A stretch of DNA of 64,000 bases, taken from the NCBI GenBank assembly GCA_937129145.1, contig CAKZMU010000009.1, forward strand, positions 80,551 to 144,550, written 5' to 3'. Positions 10,483 through 22,560 of the stretch are shown here, in pieces. The position numbers were made by a program, and so were the translations under genes. Below the pieces are notes generated by a model that was not told the origin of the DNA, made no database searches, and saw nothing but the letters and a program-made list of their open reading frames with translations. Numbering within the stretch: the first letter of the stretch is position 1; each line of letters opens with the position of its first letter. This stretch comes from an uncultured Lacinutrix sp. Its GTDB lineage: Bacteria > Bacteroidota > Bacteroidia > Flavobacteriales > Flavobacteriaceae.

Positions 10483-13400
10483 TTGAGTACATCTTCATTT
10501 AACATCTATAATGCTTCGGCTGGAAGTGGTAAAACCTACACTCTAGTTAAAGAGTATTTAAAAATACTGTTTAAATCGTCTTACAAAGATGCTTACAAAA
10601 ACATACTCGCTATCACTTTTACCAATAAAGCAGTTGGCGAAATGAAAGAGCGAATTATTGAAATGCTTAAACTATTTTCTGCTGAATCGATTATAGAAAA
10701 CCCAAATAGTATGTTTACTGATATCTGTAAAGAATTAGATATTAGCCCAAAACAACTCTCGATAAAATCAAAAAACATCCTAGAAAACATCATCCATAAT
10801 TATGCTGCTTTTGATGTTTCAACCATAGATAAATTCACGCAAAGAGTTATTAGAACCTTTGCTTACGACTTACACCTTCCTTTAAATTTTGAAGTTGAAC
10901 TGGACACAGACACGCTTTTGGCAAAAGCTGTTGATAATTTAATTGCTCGTGCAGGAACTGATAAAGAACTCACAAAAACACTTATAGATTTTACTATTGA
11001 GAAAGCCGATGACGACAAAAGTTGGGATGTAAGCTATGATTTTAATCCGATTGCAAAATTATTGGTCAACGAAAATCATGTACCCTATATTGAATTGCTA
11101 AAAAATAAAAGCTTAAACGATTTTAAAAACTTAAAAACTCACTTAAAAGAAGCATTAACAAAAACTTCAAAAACAATACAAGAAGAATCGCAAGCGGTTT
11201 TAACTTTAATAAGTGAAGCAGGATTGGAGCATAACGATTTTAGCCGAAGTTCGCTCCCTAAGCACTTTAAAAAACTAGCGAATAAAGATTATAAAGTCTC
11301 TTTCGATTTAAATTGGCAAAAAGACCTAATTGAAGGCAACTCGCTCTACCCTAGTCGAGTTACCCAAGATATTTCAAGTATTATTGATGGTATTCAGCCT
11401 GAACTAATTTCAGCATTTCAAAACACAAAACAATTAGTGGTTGATTACAATTTTCTACAAAATTTCTATAACAACGTCACACCTCTTTCGGTGCTTAACG
11501 AGATAAACAAAGAGGTTGCAAAAATTAAGGAAGACAAAAATATATTGCTTATATCAGAGTTCAATTCAATCATCAGCCAACACATTAAAGAACAACCTGC
11601 GCCTTTTATTTACGAGCGTATTGGCGAAAAATTTAAGCACTATTTTATTGATGAGTTTCAAGACACCTCAACCATGCAATGGCATAATTTAGTGCCACTT
11701 GTTGAAAATTCCTTGGCTGCCGAAAACGGAAGCGTCATGCTGGTAGGTGATGCAAAACAAGCTATTTATAGATGGCGTGGTGGAAAAGCGGAACAGTTTA
11801 TAAATTTATATAATGGCAACAACCCTTTTCATCTAGAATCAAACATTGAGCGGTTGCCAGTAAACTACAGAAGCTACAAAGAGATAATAACATTTAATAA
11901 TGGGTTTTTCAAGCACTTATCATCTTTCGTTTTTAGTGATGCTGCTTATGCAAAACTATACCAAGATAGCCATCAAGGTGAATTTAAAACCCATCAAGGC
12001 TATGTAAACATTGACTTTTTAGAGCTTAGTAGAGAAGATGACAGGGACACGGAATACCCAAAACAAGTGTTAAAAACCATAGATAACTGTCTAGAAAATG
12101 GGTTTGAGCTAAGAGATATTTGTGTACTTGTAAGAAAGAAAAAAGAAGGTGTCGCTGTAGCCAATTATTTGTCGGAACATGGAATGGACATTATTTCTTC
12201 GGAAACCTTGCTTATTGGTAATTCGCCTGAGGTTAAATTTATAATCAACCTTTTAAAGTTTATTCTTGAACCAAAAAACCTTCAAGTAAAAATTGACGTT
12301 GTTAGTTATTTGGCTGCCCATAAACTTGAAATTGAAGATACGCATGCATTTTACAAAGAGTTTATTGATTTAGATATTAAAGATTTTTTCTTGAAATGTA
12401 ATTCCTTCGGATTTAATTTTAGTTATACCGAAGCACTTCAAACTTCTGTTTACGAAGTTATTGAAGCTATTATTTATGGATTTAAGCTTGTAGAAACATC
12501 TAATGCCTACATTCAATTTTTCTTAGATTATGCATTGGATTACGTAAACAAAAAAAATGCTAACCTTGTAGATTTCATTACTAATTTTGAAACCAAAAAA
12601 GAATCATTAACAATTGTATCTCCCGAGGGTCAAAATGCAGTTCAAATCATGACCATTCATAAATCTAAGGGACTGGAATTTCCTGTGGTTATCTTTCCTT
12701 ATGCCGATTTGGATATTTACAAAGAAAACAACCCTAAAATATGGTTCCCATTACATCCTGAAAAATTTCAAGACTTTAAAGTCGCTTATTTAAACTACAA
12801 TAAAAACATTGAGGCTATAAATGAAGAGGGTGAACAGTTATACAGTCAACACCAATCGGAATTGGAATTAGACAACATCAATCTCCTATACGTTGCCTTG
12901 ACAAGACCTGTAGAACAATTACATATAATAAGTGATAAAAAACTGCTTAAAAACGGTAGTGAAAACCTAAAAACCTTTAGTGGGTTGTTTATTAATTATT
13001 TGAAGAATATTAATGAATGGGACGACACTAAACTATCTTATTCTTTTGGTGAGCAAAAAAGAGCACCAATTTCTAACGAAAAAACCATAGCCACACAAAA
13101 ACAAGAGCAATTTATTTCCATTCCTAAAAAAAATCACGGTATTAATATTATCGCAAACTCAGGATATTTGTGGGATACAGCCCAAAAAGATGCTATAGAA
13201 AAAGGAAATCTTATTCACGATATCATGTCTCAAATAAAAACCAAAGAAGATATTGATATTACCATGCAACATTTTATATCAGCCGCAGTAATTAACTCTT
13301 CGCAAGCAGAAGAAATAAAAACTGTGGTTGAGAATATTGTTAAGCATCCTAAATTATCACACTTATTTAGTCCTGATGCAACAATTTATAACGAAAAAGA

Positions 13401-13617
13401 TATTATCACAAAACAAGGCGATATTTTACGTCCCGACAGAATCGTAGTCAACACCAACAACACCGCTACAATTGTAGATTACAAAACTGGTTTGCCAAAT
13501 AATAAGCACATAAAACAAGTAGAGAATTATAATAATGCTCTAAAAGACATGTCTTTTAAAGTTACCAAAGGAATACTTATTTACACAAACGATTCCATAG
13601 AAATAAAAGAAGTGTAA
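10483..13617 (+). CDS. UvrD/AddA-like ATP-dependent helicase with C-terminal PD-(D/E)XK nuclease
   Basis: Walker A motif ([11 protein letters not shown]), UvrD-type helicase motifs ([19 protein letters not shown]) and a C-terminal nuclease motif (RPDRIVV ... IVDYKTG). Confidence 0.8.
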   Translation: MSTSSFNIYNASAGSGKTYTLVKEYLKILFKSSYKDAYKNILAITFTNKAVGEMKERIIEMLKLFSAESIIENPNSMFTDICKELDISPKQLSIKSKNILENIIHNYAAFDVSTIDKFTQRVIRTFAYDLHLPLNFEVELDTDTLLAKAVDNLIARAGTDKELTKTLIDFTIEKADDDKSWDVSYDFNPIAKLLVNENHVPYIELLKNKSLNDFKNLKTHLKEALTKTSKTIQEESQAVLTLISEAGLEHNDFSRSSLPKHFKKLANKDYKVSFDLNWQKDLIEGNSLYPSRVTQDISSIIDGIQPELISAFQNTKQLVVDYNFLQNFYNNVTPLSVLNEINKEVAKIKEDKNILLISEFNSIISQHIKEQPAPFIYERIGEKFKHYFIDEFQDTSTMQWHNLVPLVENSLAAENGSVMLVGDAKQAIYRWRGGKAEQFINLYNGNNPFHLESNIERLPVNYRSYKEIITFNNGFFKHLSSFVFSDAAYAKLYQDSHQGEFKTHQGYVNIDFLELSREDDRDTEYPKQVLKTIDNCLENGFELRDICVLVRKKKEGVAVANYLSEHGMDIISSETLLIGNSPEVKFIINLLKFILEPKNLQVKIDVVSYLAAHKLEIEDTHAFYKEFIDLDIKDFFLKCNSFGFNFSYTEALQTSVYEVIEAIIYGFKLVETSNAYIQFFLDYALDYVNKKNANLVDFITNFETKKESLTIVSPEGQNAVQIMTIHKSKGLEFPVVIFPYADLDIYKENNPKIWFPLHPEKFQDFKVAYLNYNKNIEAINEEGEQLYSQHQSELELDNINLLYVALTRPVEQLHIISDKKLLKNGSENLKTFSGLFINYLKNINEWDDTKLSYSFGEQKRAPISNEKTIATQKQEQFISIPKKNHGINIIANSGYLWDTAQKDAIEKGNLIHDIMSQIKTKEDIDITMQHFISAAVINSSQAEEIKTVVENIVKHPKLSHLFSPDATIYNEKDIITKQGDILRPDRIVVNTNNTATIVDYKTGLPNNKHIKQVENYNNALKDMSFKVTKGILIYTNDSIEIKEV

Positions 13618-13637
13618 CTTTGCAAAAAACAAACATC

Positions 13638-14831
13638 ATGTACGGAAACATAAAAGAATATTTACAAAAAGAAATTCAAGATATTAAGGACAATGGTCTT
13701 TATAAAGAAGAGCGCATTATAACCTCAGCTCAAGGTGCCGAAATCACTCTAAATACAGGCGAAACCGTGCTAAATTTTTGCGCCAACAACTATTTAGGGC
13801 TATCATCGCACCCAGAAGTAATTCAAGCAGCAAAAGACACCATGGATACCTATGGTTTTGGCATGTCCTCGGTACGTTTTATTTGCGGAACTCAAGATAT
13901 TCATAAAGAATTGGAACAAAAGATTGCCGATTTTTATGAAACCGAAGACACTATTTTATATGCAGCAGCTTTTGATGCCAATGGTGGCGTTTTTGAACCT
14001 CTTTTAACAAAAGAAGATGCCATTATTTCAGATTCTTTAAACCACGCCTCTATTATTGATGGTGTACGTTTATGTAAAGCAGCAAGATATCGTTATAAAA
14101 ATAATGATATGGCAGACCTTGAAAAACAATTACAGGATGCTAATAACAATGGTGCTCGCTTTAAAATTATTGTAACCGATGGTGTGTTTTCAATGGATGG
14201 TTTAGTAGCACCATTAGATGACATTTGTGATTTAGCTGATAAATATGATGCCTTGGTTATGATAGATGAATGTCATGCAACTGGTTTTATAGGAAAAACA
14301 GGAAGAGGAACATTAGAAGAAAAAGGTGTTATGGGTCGTATAGACATTATAACAGGCACCTTAGGAAAAGCAATGGGTGGCGCAATGGGTGGTTATACCA
14401 CCGGAAAAAAAGAAATAATCGATATGTTGCGTCAACGCTCAAGACCATATTTGTTTTCAAACTCATTAGCACCAGCAATTGTTGGCGCATCAATTAAAGT
14501 ATTTGACCTTTTATCTAACGATACGTCGTTAAGAGATAAGCTAGAATGGAACACAAATTATTTTAAAAAAGGTATTAAAGATGCTGGTTTCGATATTGTA
14601 GATGGCGATTCTGCCATTGTTCCAGTAATGTTATATGATGCAAAATTATCTCAAATAATGGCAAACAAGCTGTTAGAGGAAGGAATTTACGTGATTGGGT
14701 TCTTTTTTCCAGTAGTACCAAGAGAAAAAGCTAGAATTAGAGTGCAATTATCCGCAGCCCACGAAAAAGAGCATTTAGACAAAGCAATTGCAGCCTTTAT
14801 CAAGGTAGGAAAATCACTCGAAATTGTTTAG
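13638..14831 (+). CDS. kbl: glycine C-acetyltransferase (2-amino-3-ketobutyrate CoA ligase)
   Basis: Class-II aminotransferase fold with a PLP-lysine context (GTLGKAMGG) and kbl-like length. ATG at 13638 is preferred over the TTG at 13620. Confidence 0.85.
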   Translation: MYGNIKEYLQKEIQDIKDNGLYKEERIITSAQGAEITLNTGETVLNFCANNYLGLSSHPEVIQAAKDTMDTYGFGMSSVRFICGTQDIHKELEQKIADFYETEDTILYAAAFDANGGVFEPLLTKEDAIISDSLNHASIIDGVRLCKAARYRYKNNDMADLEKQLQDANNNGARFKIIVTDGVFSMDGLVAPLDDICDLADKYDALVMIDECHATGFIGKTGRGTLEEKGVMGRIDIITGTLGKAMGGAMGGYTTGKKEIIDMLRQRSRPYLFSNSLAPAIVGASIKVFDLLSNDTSLRDKLEWNTNYFKKGIKDAGFDIVDGDSAIVPVMLYDAKLSQIMANKLLEEGIYVIGFFFPVVPREKARIRVQLSAAHEKEHLDKAIAAFIKVGKSLEIV

Positions 14832-14879
14832 AACCTTTATAGATACTAGCATTTTAATATAAAAAAGTCAATATTTTCC

Positions 14880-14887
14880 TATATTTG
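14880..14887 (+). promoter_or_regulatory. candidate Bacteroidota sigma-A -7 box (TAnnTTTG)
   Basis: TATATTTG lies about 70 nt upstream of the ompA-like ATG. I saw no clear -33 TTG. Confidence 0.25.
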
Positions 14888-14957
14888 TCTTTGTTAATAA
14901 ATTTTAACAACTTACTTTTGCTTACAATTAACACTTAAAAATTAAAAATTATAGAAT

Positions 14958-16325
14958 ATGAAAAATCTTAGCAGATTAATGTTCGCTTTGTTGCTAGTAT
15001 TTGGTTTAAGCAGCATAAACGCACAAGACGACAACAATCCTTGGCAATTTGGCATTGGGACTAACGCCGTTGATTTTTATCCAGTTGGAGACAGTTCTCC
15101 TCTTGGTGGTACATTTGAAAAATTCTTTGATACTAGTCACTGGAATATTGGCCCTGTGGTTAATACTTTATCAGTTTCTAGATACCTAGGAGATGATTTC
15201 TCTTTAGGAGCAATCGGATCTTTCAACAGAATTAAAAAGTTTGGAGAAGCTGATGTAGACGGTTTAAGCTACATGGGGTTAGATGGTATTATCAAATACA
15301 GTCTTGGTAATGCTTTAAATTTAGGTAAATTAGAACCTTACTTAGCAGTAGGTGGTGGTTATACTTGGGTTGATAAAATTGGAGCTGGAACAGCTAATGG
15401 ATCATTTGGAATCAACTATTGGTTAACTGAAAATGTTGGACTAAATGTTCAATCTAGCTACAAGCACTCATTCGAAGATTATTTAGCGAAGCATTTCCAA
15501 CATTCATTTGGGGTTTCAGTTAAATTTGGAGGAAAAGATACTGATGGTGATGGCATCTACGACAAAAACGATGCTTGTCCAGAAGTTCCTGGTTTAGAAG
15601 CTTTCAATGGTTGTCCAGATAGCGATGGTGATGGTATTGAAGATTCAAAAGATACATGTCCTAACGAAGCTGGTTTAGCTGAATTTAACGGTTGTCCAGA
15701 TAGTGATGGTGATGGTGTGTCTGACAACAATGATAACTGTCCTAACGTAGCTGGATTAAAATCTTTAGCTGGTTGTCCAGATGCTGATGGCGATGGTGTA
15801 ACTGATGCTAGTGATAAATGTCCTAATGAAGCTGGTCCTTCTGCAAACAACGGTTGCCCTTGGCCAGATACTGATGGTGATGGTGTGTTAGATAAAGACG
15901 ACCAATGTCCTAACGAAGCTGGTACAGTTGCAAATAATGGTTGCCCAGAAATAGTAGTTCCTACTGTTGAGGTTCAAAACCAATTAACTGAATATGCTAG
16001 AACTATTAACTTTAATACTGGTAAGTCTTCTTTTAAATCTGGTACTGAGCCAACTTTACAGGCAATTACTGCCATTTTAAAAGAATACCCTAAAGCTAAC
16101 TTTACTATTGAAGGTCATACAGACAGTACAGGCGGTAAAGCTTTAAACCAAAGGTTATCTGAAGCTAGAGCAAATGCTGTTATGGATTACTTAGTAAATA
16201 ACGGTATCTCTGCTGCAAGATTAACTGCAAAAGGATATGGTCCAGATATGCCTATCGATAATAACAGAACAAGAGCTGGTAGAGCTGCAAACAGACGTGT
16301 TGAAGTGAAGCTTGTTGATATGTAA
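14958..16325 (+). CDS. OmpA-family protein with thrombospondin type-3 (calcium-binding) repeats
   Basis: Signal peptide, an N-terminal beta-barrel-like region, about 6 repeats of D(T/S)DGDG..D..D.CP...G, and a C-terminal OmpA peptidoglycan-binding domain (NQRLSEARA ... NRRVEV). Confidence 0.88.
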   Translation: MKNLSRLMFALLLVFGLSSINAQDDNNPWQFGIGTNAVDFYPVGDSSPLGGTFEKFFDTSHWNIGPVVNTLSVSRYLGDDFSLGAIGSFNRIKKFGEADVDGLSYMGLDGIIKYSLGNALNLGKLEPYLAVGGGYTWVDKIGAGTANGSFGINYWLTENVGLNVQSSYKHSFEDYLAKHFQHSFGVSVKFGGKDTDGDGIYDKNDACPEVPGLEAFNGCPDSDGDGIEDSKDTCPNEAGLAEFNGCPDSDGDGVSDNNDNCPNVAGLKSLAGCPDADGDGVTDASDKCPNEAGPSANNGCPWPDTDGDGVLDKDDQCPNEAGTVANNGCPEIVVPTVEVQNQLTEYARTINFNTGKSSFKSGTEPTLQAITAILKEYPKANFTIEGHTDSTGGKALNQRLSEARANAVMDYLVNNGISAARLTAKGYGPDMPIDNNRTRAGRAANRRVEVKLVDM

Positions 16326-16356
16326 TAAGAATATAATTTTAAATTATATACCAAAA

Positions 16357-16385
16357 AACGCTCCGAAATTTCGGAGCGTTTTTTA
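16357..16385 (+). terminator. rho-independent terminator after the ompA-like gene
   Basis: The hairpin AACGCTCCGAAATTTCGGAGCGTT is followed by a T-run. Confidence 0.8.
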
Positions 16386-16395
16386 TTTTTACACA

Positions 16396-19155
16396 ATGCC
16401 TAGTTTTATAAATGATGTTCTAAAAGACCTTGAAAACAAAAAGGTTGATGTATCTAAAGTAAGTTTTGTACTTCCCAGTAAACGTGCAGGCGTATTTTTG
16501 AAAAATGAAATCGCTTCAAATGCCTCTGAAACAGTTTTTGCACCATCTATAAATAGTATTGAAGAATTTGTTGAAGAACTTTCTCAGCTTAAAAAAACAC
16601 CTAACACTGAGCTGCTTTTTGAATTTTATAGCACTTACAAAGCTGAAACTCCAAAAGACCTAGTAGAAACCTTCGATAATTTTTCTAAATGGGCTCAAAT
16701 ACTCCTACAAGATTTTAACGAAATAGACCGTTACTTAATCGACCCAAAAGTTATTTTTAATTATTTAAGCGCTATTCAAGATGTAAATCATTGGTCGCTG
16801 GAAAAAAACCAAACATCTTTAATAAAAAACTACTTGGCTTTTTGGAAGCGGTTATTTACCTACTATTCAAACCTTCAAAATGAGCTTATAAAAAAAAATA
16901 AGGGCTATCAAGGTTTAATATATAGAGAGGCTGTTGAGAATTTAGAAAGTTATATTCAGCTTAACCCAAATAAACATCATATATTTTTAGGGTTTAATGC
17001 TTTAAATAATGCCGAGAGCATCATAATTCAAGAATTGCTACAAACAGGTTCAGCAAGTATTTATTGGGATATTGACGACGTGTTTTTAAATAATACAAAT
17101 CACGATGCTGGATATTTTATTAGACAACACAAAAAAGAATGGACGTATTTAAAAAACAACCCATTTAAATGGTCACATAATCATTACACAGCTAAAAAAA
17201 ACATAATTGCAACTGGCATTCCTAAAAATGTTGGGCAAGCAAAATATGTGGGAGAATTACTCAGTAAGTTAAAAGCCGAAAAAGGGCATCTTAATAATAC
17301 CGCAGTTGTTTTAGGAGACGAAACATTGTTGTTGCCTGTTTTAAATTCGCTCCCTGAAAATATTGATGCACTTAACATAACCATGGGCTTTCCGTTAAAA
17401 TCCATTCCTTTAGCATCGTTGTTTGACCAATTGTTTTTATTACACAAAGAGGGCGGTGCTTCATACTATTATAAAGATGTTGTTGCCATTATTTCTCATC
17501 CGTATGTTAGACCACTATTTATAGATAATAATGAAGATTGTGGACTATTTATTATTGATACTATTTATAAAAACAATTTGGTTTTTATTGCTCTTAAAGA
17601 GCTTGTTGAGTTTTCACCTCAACAGGAAATTATTTTAAATCTATTATTTAGACCTTGGTCAAATAACACACAACTTGCACTACAAAACTGTTTAACACTA
17701 ATCCTTAAGATAAAGAAACACCTATCAATACACAAAAACGATAACTTGCTTGCGCTTGAATATCTTTACAGGTTCAACGAAGTGTTTAACGCCTTAGACA
17801 GTCTTAATTACAAGTACAGCTATATTACTTCAATAAATGCTCTATACAGCATATATAATGAATTACTCTCTCTTGAAACTCTTGATTTTAAAGGAGAGCC
17901 TTTAAAAGGGTTACAAATAATGGGAATGTTGGAATCTAGGGTTTTAGATTTTGAAACCGTAATTATCACCTCTGTAAACGAAGGTGTATTGCCATCTGGA
18001 AAAAGCAATAATTCTTTTATTCCTTATGATGTAAAAATTGAGAATAAACTACCCACTTATAAAGAAAAAGATGCCGTCTATACCTATCATTTTTATAAGC
18101 TTATTCAACGCGCAAAAAATGTTCATATACTATATAATACTGAACCTGATGTTATTAATGGCGACGAGAAAAGCAGGTTCATAGCACAATTGGAAATTGA
18201 AGGCATTCACAACATACAACACAACATCGTTACACCAGTAACGCCAAAAATAACCACTGACTTAAAGGTAATCTCAAAAACGGATGAAGTTATTTCTGTT
18301 ATAAAATCAATTTCAGAAAAAGGGTTTTCTCCATCATCTTTAACCAGTTATATTAGAAATCCTTTAGACTTTTATTATAGAAAAATTCTGGGAATACAAG
18401 ATTTTAATGATGTTGAGGAAACTGTGGCATCTAACACACTTGGTACTGTCGTTCATAATACGCTAGAAGATTTTTACAAACCTTTAATTGGCAAACTTTT
18501 AACGGTTGAAATTCTTAAAGGATTAAAATCTAAAATTGAAAAAACAGTAACCTTTCATTTTAAGGATATTTACAAAGAAGGTGATATAAAAAGTGGTAAA
18601 AACCTCATCATTTTTGAAATAGCGAAACGGTATGTTTTAAATTTTATAAATCTTGAAATTACACAAGTAAAAGAAGGAAACACAATAAAAATACTGGAAA
18701 TAGAAGCAGATGACAATAGGGTGAAATTAGACATTCCAGAATTGGATTTTCCTGTGTACTTAACTGGAAAAGTGGATAGGGTTGATGAATATAATGGTGT
18801 GACGCGAATTATAGATTATAAAACTGGAAAAGTAGAGCAAGGTAAAGTGACTATTGTGGATTGGGAAGATTTAAACACCGATTACGACAAGTATAGCAAA
18901 CCGCATCAAATTTTAGCTTATGCTTATATGATGAATGCTAAAACACCTTTTACAAATCCTGTTGAAGCTGGAATAATATCGTTTAAAAATTTAAACAACG
19001 GATTTTTAAAGTTTGGCGTAAAAGAATCTTCTCATAGTAGGTCTAAAAACGAGTTGATAACCCAAGAAACACTCGACAACTATTTTCTAGAACTCAAAAA
19101 GTTGATTTTAGAAATTTGTAATCCCCAAGTGGACTTTGTAGAAAAAGAGGTATAA
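16396..19155 (+). CDS. AddB-like PD-(D/E)XK nuclease family protein
   Basis: About 919 aa with a C-terminal nuclease motif (GKVDRVDE ... RIIDYKTGK). The start is set at ATG 16396, after the terminator. The ORF-track start at 16312 overlaps ompA and its terminator. Confidence 0.7.
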   Translation: MPSFINDVLKDLENKKVDVSKVSFVLPSKRAGVFLKNEIASNASETVFAPSINSIEEFVEELSQLKKTPNTELLFEFYSTYKAETPKDLVETFDNFSKWAQILLQDFNEIDRYLIDPKVIFNYLSAIQDVNHWSLEKNQTSLIKNYLAFWKRLFTYYSNLQNELIKKNKGYQGLIYREAVENLESYIQLNPNKHHIFLGFNALNNAESIIIQELLQTGSASIYWDIDDVFLNNTNHDAGYFIRQHKKEWTYLKNNPFKWSHNHYTAKKNIIATGIPKNVGQAKYVGELLSKLKAEKGHLNNTAVVLGDETLLLPVLNSLPENIDALNITMGFPLKSIPLASLFDQLFLLHKEGGASYYYKDVVAIISHPYVRPLFIDNNEDCGLFIIDTIYKNNLVFIALKELVEFSPQQEIILNLLFRPWSNNTQLALQNCLTLILKIKKHLSIHKNDNLLALEYLYRFNEVFNALDSLNYKYSYITSINALYSIYNELLSLETLDFKGEPLKGLQIMGMLESRVLDFETVIITSVNEGVLPSGKSNNSFIPYDVKIENKLPTYKEKDAVYTYHFYKLIQRAKNVHILYNTEPDVINGDEKSRFIAQLEIEGIHNIQHNIVTPVTPKITTDLKVISKTDEVISVIKSISEKGFSPSSLTSYIRNPLDFYYRKILGIQDFNDVEETVASNTLGTVVHNTLEDFYKPLIGKLLTVEILKGLKSKIEKTVTFHFKDIYKEGDIKSGKNLIIFEIAKRYVLNFINLEITQVKEGNTIKILEIEADDNRVKLDIPELDFPVYLTGKVDRVDEYNGVTRIIDYKTGKVEQGKVTIVDWEDLNTDYDKYSKPHQILAYAYMMNAKTPFTNPVEAGIISFKNLNNGFLKFGVKESSHSRSKNELITQETLDNYFLELKKLILEICNPQVDFVEKEV

Positions 19156-19157
19156 AA

Positions 19158-19994
19158 ATGACTGTCAAAAAAAACATATTAATTCTAGGAAAACACGACA
19201 AACCCATTCTAACCGATTTATATTATTTAGAAGATGGTAAACCCAAACCCATCATAATATTTTGTCATGGGTATAAAGGTTTTAAAGATTGGGGAGCGTG
19301 GAATGTAATGGCAAAAGAATTTGCAACACAAGGATACTGTGTTATAAAATTCAATTTTGCTTATAATGGAGGAACTGTTGAGCAACCTATAGATTTTCCT
19401 AATTTAAATGCCTTTGGAAACAACAATTACACAAAAGAATTAGACGATTTAGACTCGGTACTTAATTGGGTTGAAGCTAATTTAAGTTCAAATAATAACA
19501 TAAACACTAACAATATTACACTTTTAGGTCACAGTCGAGGTGGCGGAATAGTGACCATTAAAGCTGAAGAAGATTCACGAATTTCTAACATAATTTCTCT
19601 AGCTGGAATATGCGATTTTGGTAAGCGAACTGCCACAATTGGAAACTTGGAAGAATGGAAAAAAGAGGGCGTTAAATATGTTTTAAATGGTCGTACTAAA
19701 CAGCAAATGCCACATTTTTATCAATTCTATGAAGATTTTGAGCAAAACAAAGAGCGTCTTACTATAAAAAGAGCTGCTTCAAATTTAAAAATCCCTCATT
19801 TAATCATACATGGAGACGCAGATACGTCCATAGCAATTGAAGAGGCAAAAAACCTCCATCAATGGAACCCTAAAAGTGAATTAAAAATTATTGAAGGTGC
19901 CAATCACGTGTTTAACACCAAACATCCTTGGGAAAGCAGCAAACTGTCTCCTGAACTAGAGACTGTTGTTAAATATATTTTGGATTTTTGTTAG
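19158..19994 (+). CDS. alpha/beta hydrolase
   Basis: Nucleophile elbow GHSRGG, with late D and H residues (HGDADT ... GANHVF). Confidence 0.7.
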   Translation: MTVKKNILILGKHDKPILTDLYYLEDGKPKPIIIFCHGYKGFKDWGAWNVMAKEFATQGYCVIKFNFAYNGGTVEQPIDFPNLNAFGNNNYTKELDDLDSVLNWVEANLSSNNNINTNNITLLGHSRGGGIVTIKAEEDSRISNIISLAGICDFGKRTATIGNLEEWKKEGVKYVLNGRTKQQMPHFYQFYEDFEQNKERLTIKRAASNLKIPHLIIHGDADTSIAIEEAKNLHQWNPKSELKIIEGANHVFNTKHPWESSKLSPELETVVKYILDFC

Positions 19995-20068
19995 TGGAGA
20001 AGATGGGATTCGAACCCACGACCTCTTGACTGCCAGTCAAGCGCTCTAGCCAACTGAGCTACATCCCC
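19995..20068 (-). tRNA. tRNA-Ala (anticodon GGC)
   Basis: The reverse complement folds as a cloverleaf: acceptor GGGGATG with G3:U70, D arm GCTC/GAGC, anticodon loop CTGGCAG, and T arm GTGGG-TTCGAAT-CCCAT. Stems are GC-rich. There is one T:T mismatch in the acceptor stem. Confidence 0.85.
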
Positions 20069-20072
20069 TTTT

Positions 20073-20873
20073 TTATTTCAATCCACTCAACACTAAAACA
20101 GGTCTTGGGCTATGAAAATCTTTCTTTAAAATGGTGTTTTTCTCCCATTTCTTGGTAAAAAACCCTCGCTTACGTCTTACAACACACAACATATCTGGGT
20201 CGTTAGATTTAAAATGCTCTAAAACACCTTGAAATGTTGTAGCATTTTCTGTGGTTGTCGTGTTATTGACCATGTTACTTAATTCTTCATTCACATCAAA
20301 ATCGCCTTCATTGTAATATGGTGTTTTAACCAATAATAAACTGGCTATGGCATCAAATTTACTTTGAATCGCTTTTAATGGCTCTAAAACACCTTCCTTT
20401 TTTATAATAGCCGATTTAACAGCAAATAATATTCTTGCAATAGGTCTAAAAACATACCCTTCAGGAACAATAAGTACTGGTATTTGTGTTTGCTTTACGA
20501 TTTTTCCAGAGGTTTTTCCTAAAAAGACCTCCTCTTTAATCGAGTTGGTTCTTGGCTCAACAATAATAAGATCAATCTCACCTTTTTTACAAGCTAATTC
20601 AACAGTGTCTATTAGTTTTCCTTTAAGGGTTCTAGTTTGTACATCTACATCTTTAGTATCTATTTGAGACACCAAACTGTTTAAAAACTCTTGGCTTTCT
20701 CGTTCTAAAATATGGTCTATTTTAATCATAGTCCCAGCCTTTGTATATACGTTGTACACTTGCACTATATACAATCTTGCATCAAATGCTTTAGCAAAAT
20801 CAACAGCGTATTGCAAATGGCTTTTTGCATTTTTTGAGGAACCAACAGGAACTAAAATATTCTTCATAATCAA
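20073..20873 (-). CDS. tandem universal stress protein (UspA family)
   Basis: 266 aa with two Usp-like halves (ILVPVG ... and ILFAVK ...). Confidence 0.7.
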   Translation of the reverse strand: MIMKNILVPVGSSKNAKSHLQYAVDFAKAFDARLYIVQVYNVYTKAGTMIKIDHILERESQEFLNSLVSQIDTKDVDVQTRTLKGKLIDTVELACKKGEIDLIIVEPRTNSIKEEVFLGKTSGKIVKQTQIPVLIVPEGYVFRPIARILFAVKSAIIKKEGVLEPLKAIQSKFDAIASLLLVKTPYYNEGDFDVNEELSNMVNNTTTTENATTFQGVLEHFKSNDPDMLCVVRRKRGFFTKKWEKNTILKKDFHSPRPVLVLSGLK

Positions 20874-20948
20874 AATTTTAAAGACTAAATTTACTGAAAA
20901 TTATACTGCAAAAATAAGCATTAATAATAATTAGTTTTAAAAAAGCTT

Positions 20949-22283
20949 TTGAATACAAATATATCTTTAAAACAAATAAATAAATTGGCGATTCCTGCAT
21001 TAATTTCGGGAGTGTCTGAGCCTATTTTATCTCTTACTGATGCTGCTATTGTTGGGAATATTGAGGTAAATGCCACAGAATCTTTAGCAGCTGTTGGTAT
21101 TGTGACCACATTTTTATCGATGCTTATTTGGGTTCTTGGGCAAACGCGTAGTGCTATTTCGTCATTAGTATCTCAATACTTGGGCGCTAATAACCTTGAG
21201 GCTATCAAGTCGCTTCCAGCGCAAGCTATATTTCTTATTACATCTTTAAGTATATTGATAATAATTACCACATACCCTTTTGCCGAACCTATTTTTAAAC
21301 TTTATAATGCTTCAAATTTAATATTGGATTACAGTGTAGATTACTATAAAATTCGTGTGTTTGGCTTTCCTTTCACTTTATTTACCATTGCCGTTTTTGG
21401 AACCTTTCGCGGATTGCAAAATACCTACTATCCTATGCTTATTGCTATTGTTGGTACCATAGCAAACATTATTTTAGATGTCGTTTTGGTATATGGTGTC
21501 GAAGGTTTTATTCCTGCTATGAACATAAAGGGAGCTGCCTATGCAAGTGTGTTGGCACAACTCCTTATGGCAGCTTTATCTGTGTTTTATTTATTAAGAA
21601 AAACCGAAATTTCACTCATTCCACGGCTCCCGTTTAATAAAGAAATGCGAACGTTTATACTTATGATTCTTAATTTATTTGTGAGAACTTTAGCATTGAA
21701 TGTTACCTTATATTTTGCAAGTGCTTTTTCAACAAGTTATGGTGCAGCGTACATTGCCGCTTATACTATTGCTATAAACTTATGGTTTTTAGGTGCTTTT
21801 ATTGTCGATGGTTATTCAAGTGCTGGAAACATTTTATCAGGAAAATTATATGGTCAAAAAAACTATAAAAGTTTAGTGGTTTTAAGTAATAAGCTCATTA
21901 AATATGGTATTATTCTAGGAATTGCTATTGCCATTATTGGAGGCTTTTTATATTATCCTATCGGAAATATTTTTACTAACGACCCAGAAGTACTCAATCA
22001 GTTTTATAATATTTTTTGGATTGTATTGGCAATGCAGCCTATTTGTGCGTTGGCATTTATTTTTGATGGTGTCTTTAAAGGACTTGGTAAAATGAAGTAC
22101 TTAAGAAATGTGTTGCTGTTTTCAACATTTATCGTTTTTGTACCAATTCTTTTTTGGTTAGATTCCCTAGACTACAAACTGTATGCTATTTTTATAGCTA
22201 TAACTTTCTGGATGATTGCACGAGGCGTTCCTTTAATTATAAAATTTAGACGACAATTTTTGCGGCTTTCACAAAAGACGTAA
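20949..22283 (+). CDS. MATE family efflux transporter
   Basis: 444 aa with about 12 TM helices and a MATE-like N-terminus (INKLAIPALISGVSEPILSLTD). Confidence 0.8.
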   Translation: MNTNISLKQINKLAIPALISGVSEPILSLTDAAIVGNIEVNATESLAAVGIVTTFLSMLIWVLGQTRSAISSLVSQYLGANNLEAIKSLPAQAIFLITSLSILIIITTYPFAEPIFKLYNASNLILDYSVDYYKIRVFGFPFTLFTIAVFGTFRGLQNTYYPMLIAIVGTIANIILDVVLVYGVEGFIPAMNIKGAAYASVLAQLLMAALSVFYLLRKTEISLIPRLPFNKEMRTFILMILNLFVRTLALNVTLYFASAFSTSYGAAYIAAYTIAINLWFLGAFIVDGYSSAGNILSGKLYGQKNYKSLVVLSNKLIKYGIILGIAIAIIGGFLYYPIGNIFTNDPEVLNQFYNIFWIVLAMQPICALAFIFDGVFKGLGKMKYLRNVLLFSTFIVFVPILFWLDSLDYKLYAIFIAITFWMIARGVPLIIKFRRQFLRLSQKT

Positions 22284-22305
22284 CTTTGGCTTAATAATAT
22301 GGTTT

Positions 22306-22479
22306 ATGATGTTAGCAACAATACTTCAAGAGGTAAACATTGAAGAAAAAATAAAGAATGCTCCCGATAGTGGATATGAAATTGGTGTATTTATTGGCTC
22401 AATGCTACCTTTTGTGATTCTAGCTATCATCGCATATACTATATATTACTACAATAAAAAACGTATAAATAAAGAATAA
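22306..22479 (+). CDS. possible small single-TM protein (57 aa)
   Basis: My own translation gives MMLATILQEVNIEEKIKNAPDSGYEIGVFIGSMLPFVILAIIAYTIYYYNKKRINKE: one hydrophobic helix and a basic tail. It is below the ORF-track length cutoff. Confidence 0.3.
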   Translation: MMLATILQEVNIEEKIKNAPDSGYEIGVFIGSMLPFVILAIIAYTIYYYNKKRINKE

Positions 22480-22560
22480 GATGGTAGGAAATATGCTTTT
22501 TTTGACTTTAGCAATAATATTAATTGTTGTTTATTTTATTAACCGAAACAAGCGACGTTA

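Noticed and set aside
14270-14497. 75-aa ORF in an alternative frame within kbl
   Set aside because: It is embedded in the same strand of a strongly supported enzyme gene, and the arginine/asparagine-rich translation has no features.
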